A DNA stretch of 64,000 nucleotides from Clostridia bacterium (GTDB lineage: Bacteria > Bacillota > Clostridia > Christensenellales > UBA1242): assembly GCA_017621525.1 (NCBI GenBank), contig JAGASX010000011.1, forward strand, positions 112,111 to 176,110. The letters are read 5' to 3'. The position numbers and the translations under genes were made by a program. Positions 48,250 through 55,757 of this stretch are shown in pieces; the first letter of the stretch is position 1; the number at the start of each line of letters is the position of its first letter. The notes below the pieces were generated by a model. It saw only the letters and a program-made list of their open reading frames with translations. It searched no databases and was not told the DNA's origin.

Positions 48250-48956
48250 GTGCCACCAGCCTTTTTCATCTTGATTGTTCTGCCTGCCTCTTGAAAAAAC
48301 TGCAAATACCCCTCACCCAATCTATCAACGGTGAGAAGTAAAACATCTTTAAGTTTTTTATTTTGTTTTGAAAGCAATTTTAATATATCTTCTTCGCTGT
48401 AAGAGGCAAGTGTTATGTTTTCTTTTATCATTTTGCCCTCGCTGACAAGCACAATTGGTAAAAAACTCTCTGGTGATGATATGTTAAGGTCGCCATTTGT
48501 GGCTGGGGCAAATTCACCTTTTGGCATAACGGAGACCTTTCCATTTGTTTCCATAATGGCATATTGAACTTGATTTATGTTGAAATATCCCTGTTCTCGC
48601 AAGGCAGAAAAAATGTCATCAGTGGATAAATTTAGTTTTTTCATGGCTTTATAATCAATTCCCTTTGGGTTGATTATGATGACCGGCTTTCCGCTGACTA
48701 TTTTGCTGAATGTGTGGCTTATGCGTGTGGCAACCGTTATCACCAAGTGCAAAAGCACAAGGGTAAGAAGTGGCACAATGCCATGAAGTACCGGCACTGA
48801 CACCTCTGCCATTGGAATGGTGGCAAGGTCGGCAATAATAAGGGTAAGCACAAGTTCAAAAGGTTGCATTTGCCCCAACTGTCGTTTCCCCATAAGGCGG
48901 AACACCAAAAGCACAATTAAATATATTAAAACTGAACGTACTATGATTGTAACCAT
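48246..48956 (-). CDS. DUF421 (YetF/YrbG-like) membrane protein
   Basis: 236 aa. The family's typical N-terminus is present: VLIYLIVLLVFRLMGKRQLGQMQPFELVLTLIIADLA. Confidence 0.75.
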   Translation of the reverse strand: MVTIIVRSVLIYLIVLLVFRLMGKRQLGQMQPFELVLTLIIADLATIPMAEVSVPVLHGIVPLLTLVLLHLVITVATRISHTFSKIVSGKPVIIINPKGIDYKAMKKLNLSTDDIFSALREQGYFNINQVQYAIMETNGKVSVMPKGEFAPATNGDLNISSPESFLPIVLVSEGKMIKENITLASYSEEDILKLLSKQNKKLKDVLLLTVDRLGEGYLQFFQEAGRTIKMKKAGGT

Positions 48957-48989
48957 GCTTTATTATAAGCAATATGCAAAAAATTACAC

Positions 48990-50525
48990 TTAAACTTTTT
49001 TTCTTTTATTTCTTTTTCCTATGCCCACCTTTTTTAGAGTTGACGTCATAAATGCTTTTATATCAACCAAGTTCATAACGCCTGCAAGTGCAAGAAAACT
49101 GCCAACGCTGACGATACCGCCTATCATCAATGAAATTATTGTGGGGAAAATATACTCGCAGAGGCTTGTAACAAAAGCCGTAAGGGCACCCGACGGCACA
49201 ATGGCAAGCATGAAAAGTAGTATGGTTTTGCAAATTTTTGTTTCCACCTTTGCGCTTTTCTTTAATAGGCGTATGTTTAAAAATGCGGTGATTATATAAC
49301 TTATTCCCATGCCCCAAATAAGGGAGTTTATGCCAAAAATTGATGGCAAAAACCAAAGTGCAACAAACATGGCTATACTTCCCGCAAGGTAGTTTACAAA
49401 TGATTTCTTTTCAAGACCGAGAGAGTTGAGAAGTGATGATGAGATGTTTGTAAGCCCCATTGGAATTAAAATAAATGATGCCGATTGCAAAAGCGTTCCG
49501 CTTAATATATTGTCATAAAGAAATATGCCCATAAGTTCACCCATGCCAAGAAAAACAGGCACAAAAAGGGCTGAAATGAAAAGAGCGAAGTTGATTGCAG
49601 AATTTATTCGGTTTTCTATGTGTTTTTTGTCATTTTGGGCAAGTGCGGTGGAAATATCTGGCACAAGTGCGGTGGAAAGCGAGCCTATAAGGGTTGTTGG
49701 AATGAAAAGCAAAGGAAGTGTCATGCCCACAGCAACGCCATAAAGGCTTAACGCTTGCGAACTTGTATAACCAATTGATGTAAGGCGAGCGGGAATTATA
49801 AAGGCAATAAGAGGCTGAATAAAAGAGCCCGCCACCCTCATAAGTGTGATTGGTGTGGATTGTTTTATTAGTGGTTTTAAAATCCCCTTTTGTGGTTTGC
49901 CAAACTTGCCACCATAAAACAAAAACAGCAAAATTGCAAGTACCATAGAGAAAAAGCAGGCTATTGACAACGTCCAGCCTATATTTACCGCATTTTCAAA
50001 TGCAGAAAGTCCAACGCCAAGTGCGAGCACGCTTAATACAATTCTTACAACTTGTTCATAAAGTTCTGTTACGCAAAGCGCAAAATAGTTTCCCCTGCCC
50101 CACAGTGAGCCTCGCAGTGCGCTATACACCGACGAAAACACAAGGCTTGGCAAAAGCACAATTAAAATTTGCATACACCTTTTATCTGTAAAAAAGTGAG
50201 CAAACACATTTTTGAATATAAGCACAACAATGCACAAAACAATGGATAAAATAAGTGAATATATCACAGATACGGTAACAAGTGATGCCTCTTTTTTCTT
50301 CTCTCCATTTGCAAGGGCGGAAGCGCTTATGCGAGAGATTATTAAGGGTAGTCCGCTGGAAATGATTGTAAGAAGCACCATAAATACAGAAAATGCAACT
50401 TGATATATACCAAGTGCCTCGGCGCCAACCGTTCTTGACAAAAAAATTCTAAACATAAAGCCTAAAACACGTGTAAGCACAGAAAAAATGGTGATAAGTG
50501 CGACAGTTTTAAACAAAGATTTCAT
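48990..50525 (-). CDS. MOP-superfamily flippase (SpoVB / MurJ-like polysaccharide biosynthesis protein)
   Basis: The start was trimmed to MKSLFKT, which follows a GGAGAGGG RBS. It has about 14 TM helices. The N-terminus, LTRVLGFMFRIFLSRTVGAEALGIYQVAFSVF, is typical of SpoVB/MurJ. Confidence 0.75.
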   Translation of the reverse strand: MKSLFKTVALITIFSVLTRVLGFMFRIFLSRTVGAEALGIYQVAFSVFMVLLTIISSGLPLIISRISASALANGEKKKEASLVTVSVIYSLILSIVLCIVVLIFKNVFAHFFTDKRCMQILIVLLPSLVFSSVYSALRGSLWGRGNYFALCVTELYEQVVRIVLSVLALGVGLSAFENAVNIGWTLSIACFFSMVLAILLFLFYGGKFGKPQKGILKPLIKQSTPITLMRVAGSFIQPLIAFIIPARLTSIGYTSSQALSLYGVAVGMTLPLLFIPTTLIGSLSTALVPDISTALAQNDKKHIENRINSAINFALFISALFVPVFLGMGELMGIFLYDNILSGTLLQSASFILIPMGLTNISSSLLNSLGLEKKSFVNYLAGSIAMFVALWFLPSIFGINSLIWGMGISYIITAFLNIRLLKKSAKVETKICKTILLFMLAIVPSGALTAFVTSLCEYIFPTIISLMIGGIVSVGSFLALAGVMNLVDIKAFMTSTLKKVGIGKRNKRKKV

Positions 50526-50584
50526 ATACCCTCTCCTCATATATCCTATTTATGAGGAATAAAATTTAATACAAGTGAGGGGCG

Positions 50585-50743
50585 ATGAAAAAGGAATTTA
50601 ATCAATTTTATATCGTAAAAGAGGGCGACACCGTAGACAAAATTGCAGAAAAATATGGTGTAAGTGCGCTTTCTATTTTAATTGAAAATGCAATATCCCC
50701 AAAAATGATACGCAAAGGGTTTGTGTTGTTTATAAAACGCTAA
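50585..50743 (+). CDS. 52-aa LysM-domain micro-protein
   Basis: Absent from the ORF track because it is under 60 aa. It starts at ATG 50585 after GAGGGG. The LysM core is YIVKEGDTVDKIAEKYGVSALSILIEN. Its stop overlaps the stop of the convergent 50740 gene. Confidence 0.55.
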   Translation: MKKEFNQFYIVKEGDTVDKIAEKYGVSALSILIENAISPKMIRKGFVLFIKR

Positions 50744-51459
50744 ACCCCCTTTTTTTGCTTTTTAAACAAGTTTTTTATGAAATTTTCTATTTTTTGATTG
50801 TATTTGCTTGTTAAATATATAGCAACAAGTGAAAAAATGGCGATTATACCCCAAACAATCAGCCCCCAACCATGATATGGAATTATCTGTCCGCTTGAAA
50901 AGTATGAAAGGGCAAATATGCCAATTGGGCGAGATATAAGTTGTGTAACCATAAAAAAGGTACTGCTCATATCAGTAACGCCGGCGACAAGGCAAAGTAT
51001 ATCATCTGGAAAAAGTGGCAAAAGCATCATAAGCACAAAAGTGTATTTGCAACCACTTAAAAATTTTCTCCATTTCTGTTCTGTGTTTTTGCCGACCATG
51101 TAAACCACAAGTTTTTTGCCAAATATTCTGCCAATGAAAAAGGCAACAGCACTGCCTAAAAGTATACCGGCAAGCGATAAAAGCCCCGCCTCGAATGGCC
51201 CATAAATTAATGTTCCGGCAACAACCAAAATTGGCGACGGAATGGGTATGAATGTTACTTGTAAAAATTGAAGTAAAACAAATGCACTTCTGCCCCAAAA
51301 GCCCAATTCCAAAATAAGGGTTTGCAGTTTTTGTACCGAATTTACCCTTTCCCAAACGCCTGTTATTTTAAATACAAAGTATGTTGAGCACAAAATAAGT
51401 CCAACAATTACAACAACCAAAATTGTTCTTAAAACCTTTTGTTTACGTGAAAGTTCCAT
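50740..51459 (-). CDS. TVP38/TMEM64 (DedA-related) family membrane protein
   Basis: 239 aa. The sequence reads FLQVTFIPIPSPILVVAGTLIYGPFEAGLLSLAGILLGSAVAFFIGRIFG. Confidence 0.8.
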   Translation of the reverse strand: MELSRKQKVLRTILVVVIVGLILCSTYFVFKITGVWERVNSVQKLQTLILELGFWGRSAFVLLQFLQVTFIPIPSPILVVAGTLIYGPFEAGLLSLAGILLGSAVAFFIGRIFGKKLVVYMVGKNTEQKWRKFLSGCKYTFVLMMLLPLFPDDILCLVAGVTDMSSTFFMVTQLISRPIGIFALSYFSSGQIIPYHGWGLIVWGIIAIFSLVAIYLTSKYNQKIENFIKNLFKKQKKGV

Positions 51460-51551
51460 TAAAATTAGTATTTTCTTGCTTGCATCAATTATTCATTCAA
51501 TAAAAGTATATTTTTTCTTCTTTTTCAAACAATACTTGCAGGAGATTTTGT

Positions 51552-53066
51552 ATGAAAGAAAAAGTATCATCAAAGGGAGAGAAAAAACATATTTCTGCAA
51601 TTTGGCTTATTGCTGTTGCCTTTATTGCGGTGGGGCTTTTGCTGTTTTGCCAATTTTATTTTGGTGATAGCATAAGCAGTAAAACAACCTACTATCAAAA
51701 CACACACATAAATGGTGTGAATGTTTCTGGGCTTACTAGGGAAGAGGCAAAAAATTTGCTTACTTTGCAAATGGAAGAGCAAAAAGAAAATATAAATCTT
51801 ACCCTTAAAAATGGCGGGAAAGAATGGGTGATAAGTGGCGAAGAATTAAGTTTTGTGGGTAATTTTCAGCCAACGCTTGACGAGGTGATTGAATATGGGC
51901 GTGAAGGCAATATTTTCAGCAAAAAGAAAAATGAAAACAAAATAAAAGAAAATGGGCTTTTTGTAAATGTGCCTATTGAGGATATGTATGGCGGTTTTGA
52001 GGGCAAACTTGATACCATTATGGCTGACATTGAAAACAAGCACAAGCGTAGTGAAATTATCTTTCAGCCAAATGAAGAGCAAATGTTTAAATTAAATGAG
52101 GGAAACAAAGGGTATATTGTTTGCCGTGATGAACTTTTTAATCAAATAAATGACGCCATATATGGCGACGGTGAAAAAGTGATTGACATTCCTGTGCGTG
52201 AAATTGTACCTGAAAATAGTTTGGAGGAATTTGTAAGTCAAATTTCATTGCGTGCGACATTTTCAACCGATTATTCAAAATCGGCAAATGACAGAAAGGA
52301 TAATATTCGTTTGGCTTTATCAAAATTTAATGGAATGATTGTTGAGCCGGGCGAAGAGGTGTCTTTTAATGAAATTACAGGCGAAAGGTCTGCATTAAAC
52401 GGATATAAAAACGCAAAAATAATTATGGGCGGAAAATATGTTTCTGGCGTTGGCGGTGGCGTTTGTCAGGCATCAACCACCCTTTATAACGCTCTTATTC
52501 GTGCAGACATTGAAATTTTGCAGGTTTGTCATCATTCTTTGCCGGCAAGTTATGTTCCCCTTTCTTTTGACGCTATGGTAAGCGAGGGTTATGCCGACTT
52601 GAAGTTTAAAAACAATCTTGATACCCCAATTTTTATTAAAACTTTTTGTAGCGATACAAATGCCGTTGTTGAAATTTATGGTCAGCCTTTTGAAGATGGG
52701 CTTTCAATCAGCACGCGGGGCGAACTTGTGAAAATTATCCCTCATGGTGGCGACGACATAATAACCGACACTGATGGGCAATATGAGGACAAAGTGCTTT
52801 ACAAGGGTGAATATTACCGCCTTAAATTCCCACAAGAGGGCTATGAAACAAAGGGCTATGTGCAATACATTAAAAATGGCGAAGTTGAAAGTGAAAAACA
52901 AATTCGCCATGATAAATATATGCCTCAAAACGGAATTATTGTGGAGGGAAGTTCTGCCCTTGAAGAGGGAATGACACTGCCAAACAACTCTGTGCAATAC
53001 ATTGCCCCTCAAAAGGTAACCAAAGAGGCAACAGAAAAGGCAAAAGTACGTTGGGGAATAAATTAA
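51552..53066 (+). CDS. VanW/YoaR-family protein
   Basis: 504 aa with an N-terminal TM helix. It has the VanW core GGGVCQASTTLYNA...HSLPASYVP and a GGAG RBS. Confidence 0.85.
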   Translation: MKEKVSSKGEKKHISAIWLIAVAFIAVGLLLFCQFYFGDSISSKTTYYQNTHINGVNVSGLTREEAKNLLTLQMEEQKENINLTLKNGGKEWVISGEELSFVGNFQPTLDEVIEYGREGNIFSKKKNENKIKENGLFVNVPIEDMYGGFEGKLDTIMADIENKHKRSEIIFQPNEEQMFKLNEGNKGYIVCRDELFNQINDAIYGDGEKVIDIPVREIVPENSLEEFVSQISLRATFSTDYSKSANDRKDNIRLALSKFNGMIVEPGEEVSFNEITGERSALNGYKNAKIIMGGKYVSGVGGGVCQASTTLYNALIRADIEILQVCHHSLPASYVPLSFDAMVSEGYADLKFKNNLDTPIFIKTFCSDTNAVVEIYGQPFEDGLSISTRGELVKIIPHGGDDIITDTDGQYEDKVLYKGEYYRLKFPQEGYETKGYVQYIKNGEVESEKQIRHDKYMPQNGIIVEGSSALEEGMTLPNNSVQYIAPQKVTKEATEKAKVRWGIN

Positions 53067-53092
53067 AAGTGAGGGATAAACCTCACTTTTTT
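53067..53092. terminator. intrinsic terminator between convergent genes
   Basis: AGTGAGG-gataaa-CCTCACT hairpin followed by TTTTTT. Confidence 0.7.
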
Positions 53093-53100
53093 GCTTATAT

Positions 53101-53907
53101 TTAAAATTCAAGATTAAATGCAGGGCGGATAGACATAAGTGTACCATAAGGACGACCAAGAAAATTGCCATCACTTTCGACATAATATACACGAAATGAA
53201 GCGGTGGCGTCAGGAGAGCGAAGCCAAAACATATCATATGTGCTTTCTTCAGAACTCCAATCTATATTCGCCATTACCGATGACCAGTCATCTGAAATTA
53301 TGCCGTTAGTGATTTCCCCACCGCCGACCATCGAATATACTTCTGCTATGCTCATAAGCCAAAGTTTGTCGCTTTCTGTGTTTGTTGTGGTTATACTGTA
53401 AACTTCGTTTTCAGCGTAATTGCTATTCCCTCTATAATAATTCCACCCTATATCAGTATAAAGGCTTGTCATTGAACGTGGAATAATTGCTTTGTATGTT
53501 GTGTCATTTGCAAGGTTTAGGAGTGTTTTGTAATCTCCATTTAAATATGTGCGTATATCGCTTGTTGCGTAATCACTGCTATCTGCATCAAATTCTTTTG
53601 TCTGAGCTACATATGTTTCAAGCACAAATGTTCCTATTCCATTTGTTGGGGCGGTAGTACCGGTGAATCTGTTTCCATCCATTCCCACCAAACGCCATAC
53701 TACAGGAGCGTTGTTGTATGTTCCCATGGTTACGTAAAAGCCATTGCCGTCTTGCTGTAAATTTATTTGTGGTTCAGGTGCGGTGTAGGTTATATCCCCT
53801 CCGACAGTGAAGTCAAGGTCTGCAAGTGCCCATACCCCTACAAAGGTAAGCACAATTGCCATTGCTATAAATGATATTGTTGATAGTATTTTAATTGTTT
53901 TAGTCAT
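53101..53907 (-). CDS. signal-anchored exported protein, DUF6273-like (tentative)
   Basis: 268 aa with an N-terminal TM/signal segment. FWLRSP and IRPAFNL near the C-terminus resemble the WLRS...RPA signature I associate with DUF6273. An AAGGAG RBS lies 7 nt before the ATG. Confidence 0.6.
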   Translation of the reverse strand: MTKTIKILSTISFIAMAIVLTFVGVWALADLDFTVGGDITYTAPEPQINLQQDGNGFYVTMGTYNNAPVVWRLVGMDGNRFTGTTAPTNGIGTFVLETYVAQTKEFDADSSDYATSDIRTYLNGDYKTLLNLANDTTYKAIIPRSMTSLYTDIGWNYYRGNSNYAENEVYSITTTNTESDKLWLMSIAEVYSMVGGGEITNGIISDDWSSVMANIDWSSEESTYDMFWLRSPDATASFRVYYVESDGNFLGRPYGTLMSIRPAFNLEF

Positions 53908-54000
53908 GTTTTAACTCCTTGCGTCAAGGCTGACGCCTTGCTTTCTCGCTCCGAGAGGAAAATTTAACTTTTCACTCTTCACTTTCATTTCTTCACTTCG

Positions 54001-54031
54001 ATTATGCCCCCCCCCATTGCCATTTTGTCAA
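54001..54031 (-). promoter_or_regulatory. promoter with a G9 homopolymer in the spacer (candidate phase-variable promoter)
   Basis: The minus strand reads TTGACA (54031-54026), AAATGGCAAT plus G9, then CATAAT (54006-54001). The spacer is 19 nt. An AT-rich UP-like region lies upstream. The leader to ATG 53907 is about 87 nt. Confidence 0.55.
54007..54015. repeat. C9/G9 homopolymeric tract
   Basis: Nine consecutive C on the plus strand. It is the only long G/C homopolymer I saw in this AT-rich window. Confidence 0.95.
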
Positions 54032-54104
54032 GTGATTTTAACAAGTTTTTTAAAAAATTTTATTTAACCTCCATATTTAAGGGAAGTTATTATGCGAAGT
54101 GATT

Positions 54105-54134
54105 AAAAAAGCCTTACCCAGTTTCGGGGAAGGC
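54105..54134 (-). terminator. minus-strand-only intrinsic terminator
   Basis: The minus strand reads GCCTTCCCC-gaaac-TGGGTAAGGC followed by TTTTTT. The plus-strand side has an A-run only. Confidence 0.65.
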
Positions 54135-54278
54135 AAAAATATAGTACACATATAACGGAAGAGGCTTGTTTGATATGACTGATTTAGCGGAGCGTACGAG
54201 GCGGTCAGCGGTCGCCGAGCGTGCGGAGCGGGGCAAAGGAGCGTCTGCGTTGGTCGAAGGTCAACGCAGGTGCGATAT
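54135..54278 (-). ncRNA. candidate structured small RNA (GC-rich element), speculative
   Basis: A GC-rich block of about 110 nt sits in an AT-rich genome. It contains a perfect CTGCGTTG/CAACGCAG stem. It lies between the hairpin-repeat array and a dedicated terminator. No credible ORF or RBS is present, and no promoter was identified. Confidence 0.25.
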
Positions 54279-54357
54279 AAGAAAACACTCTCTTTGTTCG
54301 TGTTATTCTTGCGTCCCTAAAGAAAACACTCTCTTTGTTCGTGTTATTCTTGGGTAC
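54279..54357 (-). repeat. two copies of the 41-bp hairpin repeat, inverted relative to the 47.7-kb array
   Basis: Units lie at 54279-54319 and 54320-54357. Their reverse complement is TAGGGACGCAAGAATAACACGAACAAAGAGAGTGTTTTCTT. By eye this is about 90-95% identical to the 47.7-kb units. Confidence 0.9.
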
Positions 54358-54405
54358 AAAAAAAGCGTCGCTGGCGGTCTGTGGTCGCCAAGCGGTGCTT
54401 TTGTT
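54358..54405. terminator. GC-rich hairpin terminator after cca
   Basis: An A-run, an imperfect long stem (GCGTCGCTGGCG...CGCCAAGCGGTGC) and a T-run, directly after the cca stop at 54406. Confidence 0.55.
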
Positions 54406-55644
54406 TTATAGATATTTAAGTTTTTCTTGAACTGCTTGTATCAGTTCTGTTTTTTCATTTTGAAGTACGCCATCAAAAACATCACTTAAAAGGCTTTCTA
54501 AAATAGCCTTATATCTGTTTGGTTTTACATTTGGATAGTGCGTTTTTAATGTGTCGCCATTGATTTTAAGGTCTTTTGTTGACACGACAAGGCGGTGTGA
54601 GATGATATATTTATAGAAAAATTGATATTTATTTGCAAGTGATTTTGATTTATGAATTAAAAGCATATAAATTTGAGGGAAATTATCAAAATATTTAATA
54701 AAATATGGTTTATTTTGTTGGCGATTGAGGGCTTCGTAATAACCGCAAAGTATGTTTATATATTGTTCCACCATTTTTTTATTTAAGCCAAAAGAAGTTG
54801 TAAGTATTAAATTAAGATAGTATGAAATTGAAATTGGATTTACAGCATCAATCACATCAATTAAAAAGCCTTGTGATTTATGTTGTACTTTTTTTACCAT
54901 TTTGAATTTCAGTTTTTGGCAATCTATGCCAAAATATTGCCAAAGTGATGCCCTATTGAAGTGTTTTAATGCAGAAATGTATGCATTTTTCTTTGAAACG
55001 CCTTTATATTTGTTGGGGCTATGCAAAATTCTAGTGATTTCATGCACCACGCGTTCACCAGACACATCACAAAGGTTTTCTTTATATTTATATGCGCTTT
55101 CAAGGGTTTTAGGGTCTATTTTAAAATTAAGTTCGCATTGAAAACGGAAAAGTCTTAAAATTCTTACTCCGTCATGCGAAAGCACTTCATCTGGTGTTTC
55201 AACCGTTTTTAACACCCTTTTTTTGATATCTGATACGCCGTCATAAAAATCAATGAGTTGATTTGATTTAATATCATAATAAAGGGCATTGCAGGTGAAA
55301 TCTCTACGTTTGGCGTCCTCTTTTATATCTGTGATAAAAGTTACGCTTTCTGGCGAATGTGCCCCACCTTTTGGGTACACTTCCTTTCTGAAAGTGGTAT
55401 ATTCATAATTTTCTTTTCCGCAAGAAATAAGCGCAGAGCCAAGGGTTTTGCTTTTCACCTTAAAGTTAAATTTGCTGTCTTTAAGCAGTTTTTCAACCTC
55501 GTCAAGTGTAAGAGATGCACATATATCAATATCTTCGCCCTCTATTTCCATAATTTTGTTTCTTATATAACCACCTACAACATAAAGTTCTGTTGAAAAA
55601 AGTTTTGCAAGTTCTTTTAATGCCTTTGGAAGTTCTATTTGCAT
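54406..55644 (-). CDS. cca: CCA-adding tRNA nucleotidyltransferase
   Basis: 412 aa. The PolyA-polymerase head motif is YVVGGYIRNKIM..GEDIDI. RRDFTCNALYYD is also present. Confidence 0.85.
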   Translation of the reverse strand: MQIELPKALKELAKLFSTELYVVGGYIRNKIMEIEGEDIDICASLTLDEVEKLLKDSKFNFKVKSKTLGSALISCGKENYEYTTFRKEVYPKGGAHSPESVTFITDIKEDAKRRDFTCNALYYDIKSNQLIDFYDGVSDIKKRVLKTVETPDEVLSHDGVRILRLFRFQCELNFKIDPKTLESAYKYKENLCDVSGERVVHEITRILHSPNKYKGVSKKNAYISALKHFNRASLWQYFGIDCQKLKFKMVKKVQHKSQGFLIDVIDAVNPISISYYLNLILTTSFGLNKKMVEQYINILCGYYEALNRQQNKPYFIKYFDNFPQIYMLLIHKSKSLANKYQFFYKYIISHRLVVSTKDLKINGDTLKTHYPNVKPNRYKAILESLLSDVFDGVLQNEKTELIQAVQEKLKYL

Positions 55645-55684
55645 ATTTCACCTCTTTTCTTTTGTCTTAACAAGGATACTTTAT

Positions 55685-55701
55685 TTGACAAAGATTGTCA
55701 A
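55685..55701. promoter_or_regulatory. perfect palindrome TTGACA-aagat-TGTCAA (candidate operator)
   Basis: 6-bp arms with a 5-nt spacer, in the divergent cca / P-type ATPase intergenic region. Confidence 0.3.
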
Positions 55702-55719
55702 ATCTATTTTGTAATAAAG

Positions 55720-55748
55720 TTGACAATAAAATAATATTTATTTATAAT
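55720..55748 (+). promoter_or_regulatory. perfect consensus sigma-70 promoter for the P-type ATPase
   Basis: TTGACA (55720-55725), a 17-nt spacer, then TATAAT (55743-55748). ATG 55758 follows 9 nt later with no SD. Confidence 0.65.
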
Positions 55749-55757
55749 TTTATTATA

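Noticed and set aside
52704-53237. A 177-aa minus-strand ORF overlapping the VanW 3' end and the terminator.
   Set aside because: It crosses a strong bidirectional terminator and overlaps two well-supported genes. Its hydrophobic, low-complexity translation is typical of antisense AT-rich sequence.
54166-54411. An 81-aa plus-strand ORF (MFDMTDLAERTRR...) across the GC-rich element.
   Set aside because: It has no RBS. It runs through the 41-bp hairpin repeats and the cca terminator. Its Arg/Ala-rich composition simply reflects the GC-rich DNA. The region is treated as non-coding.
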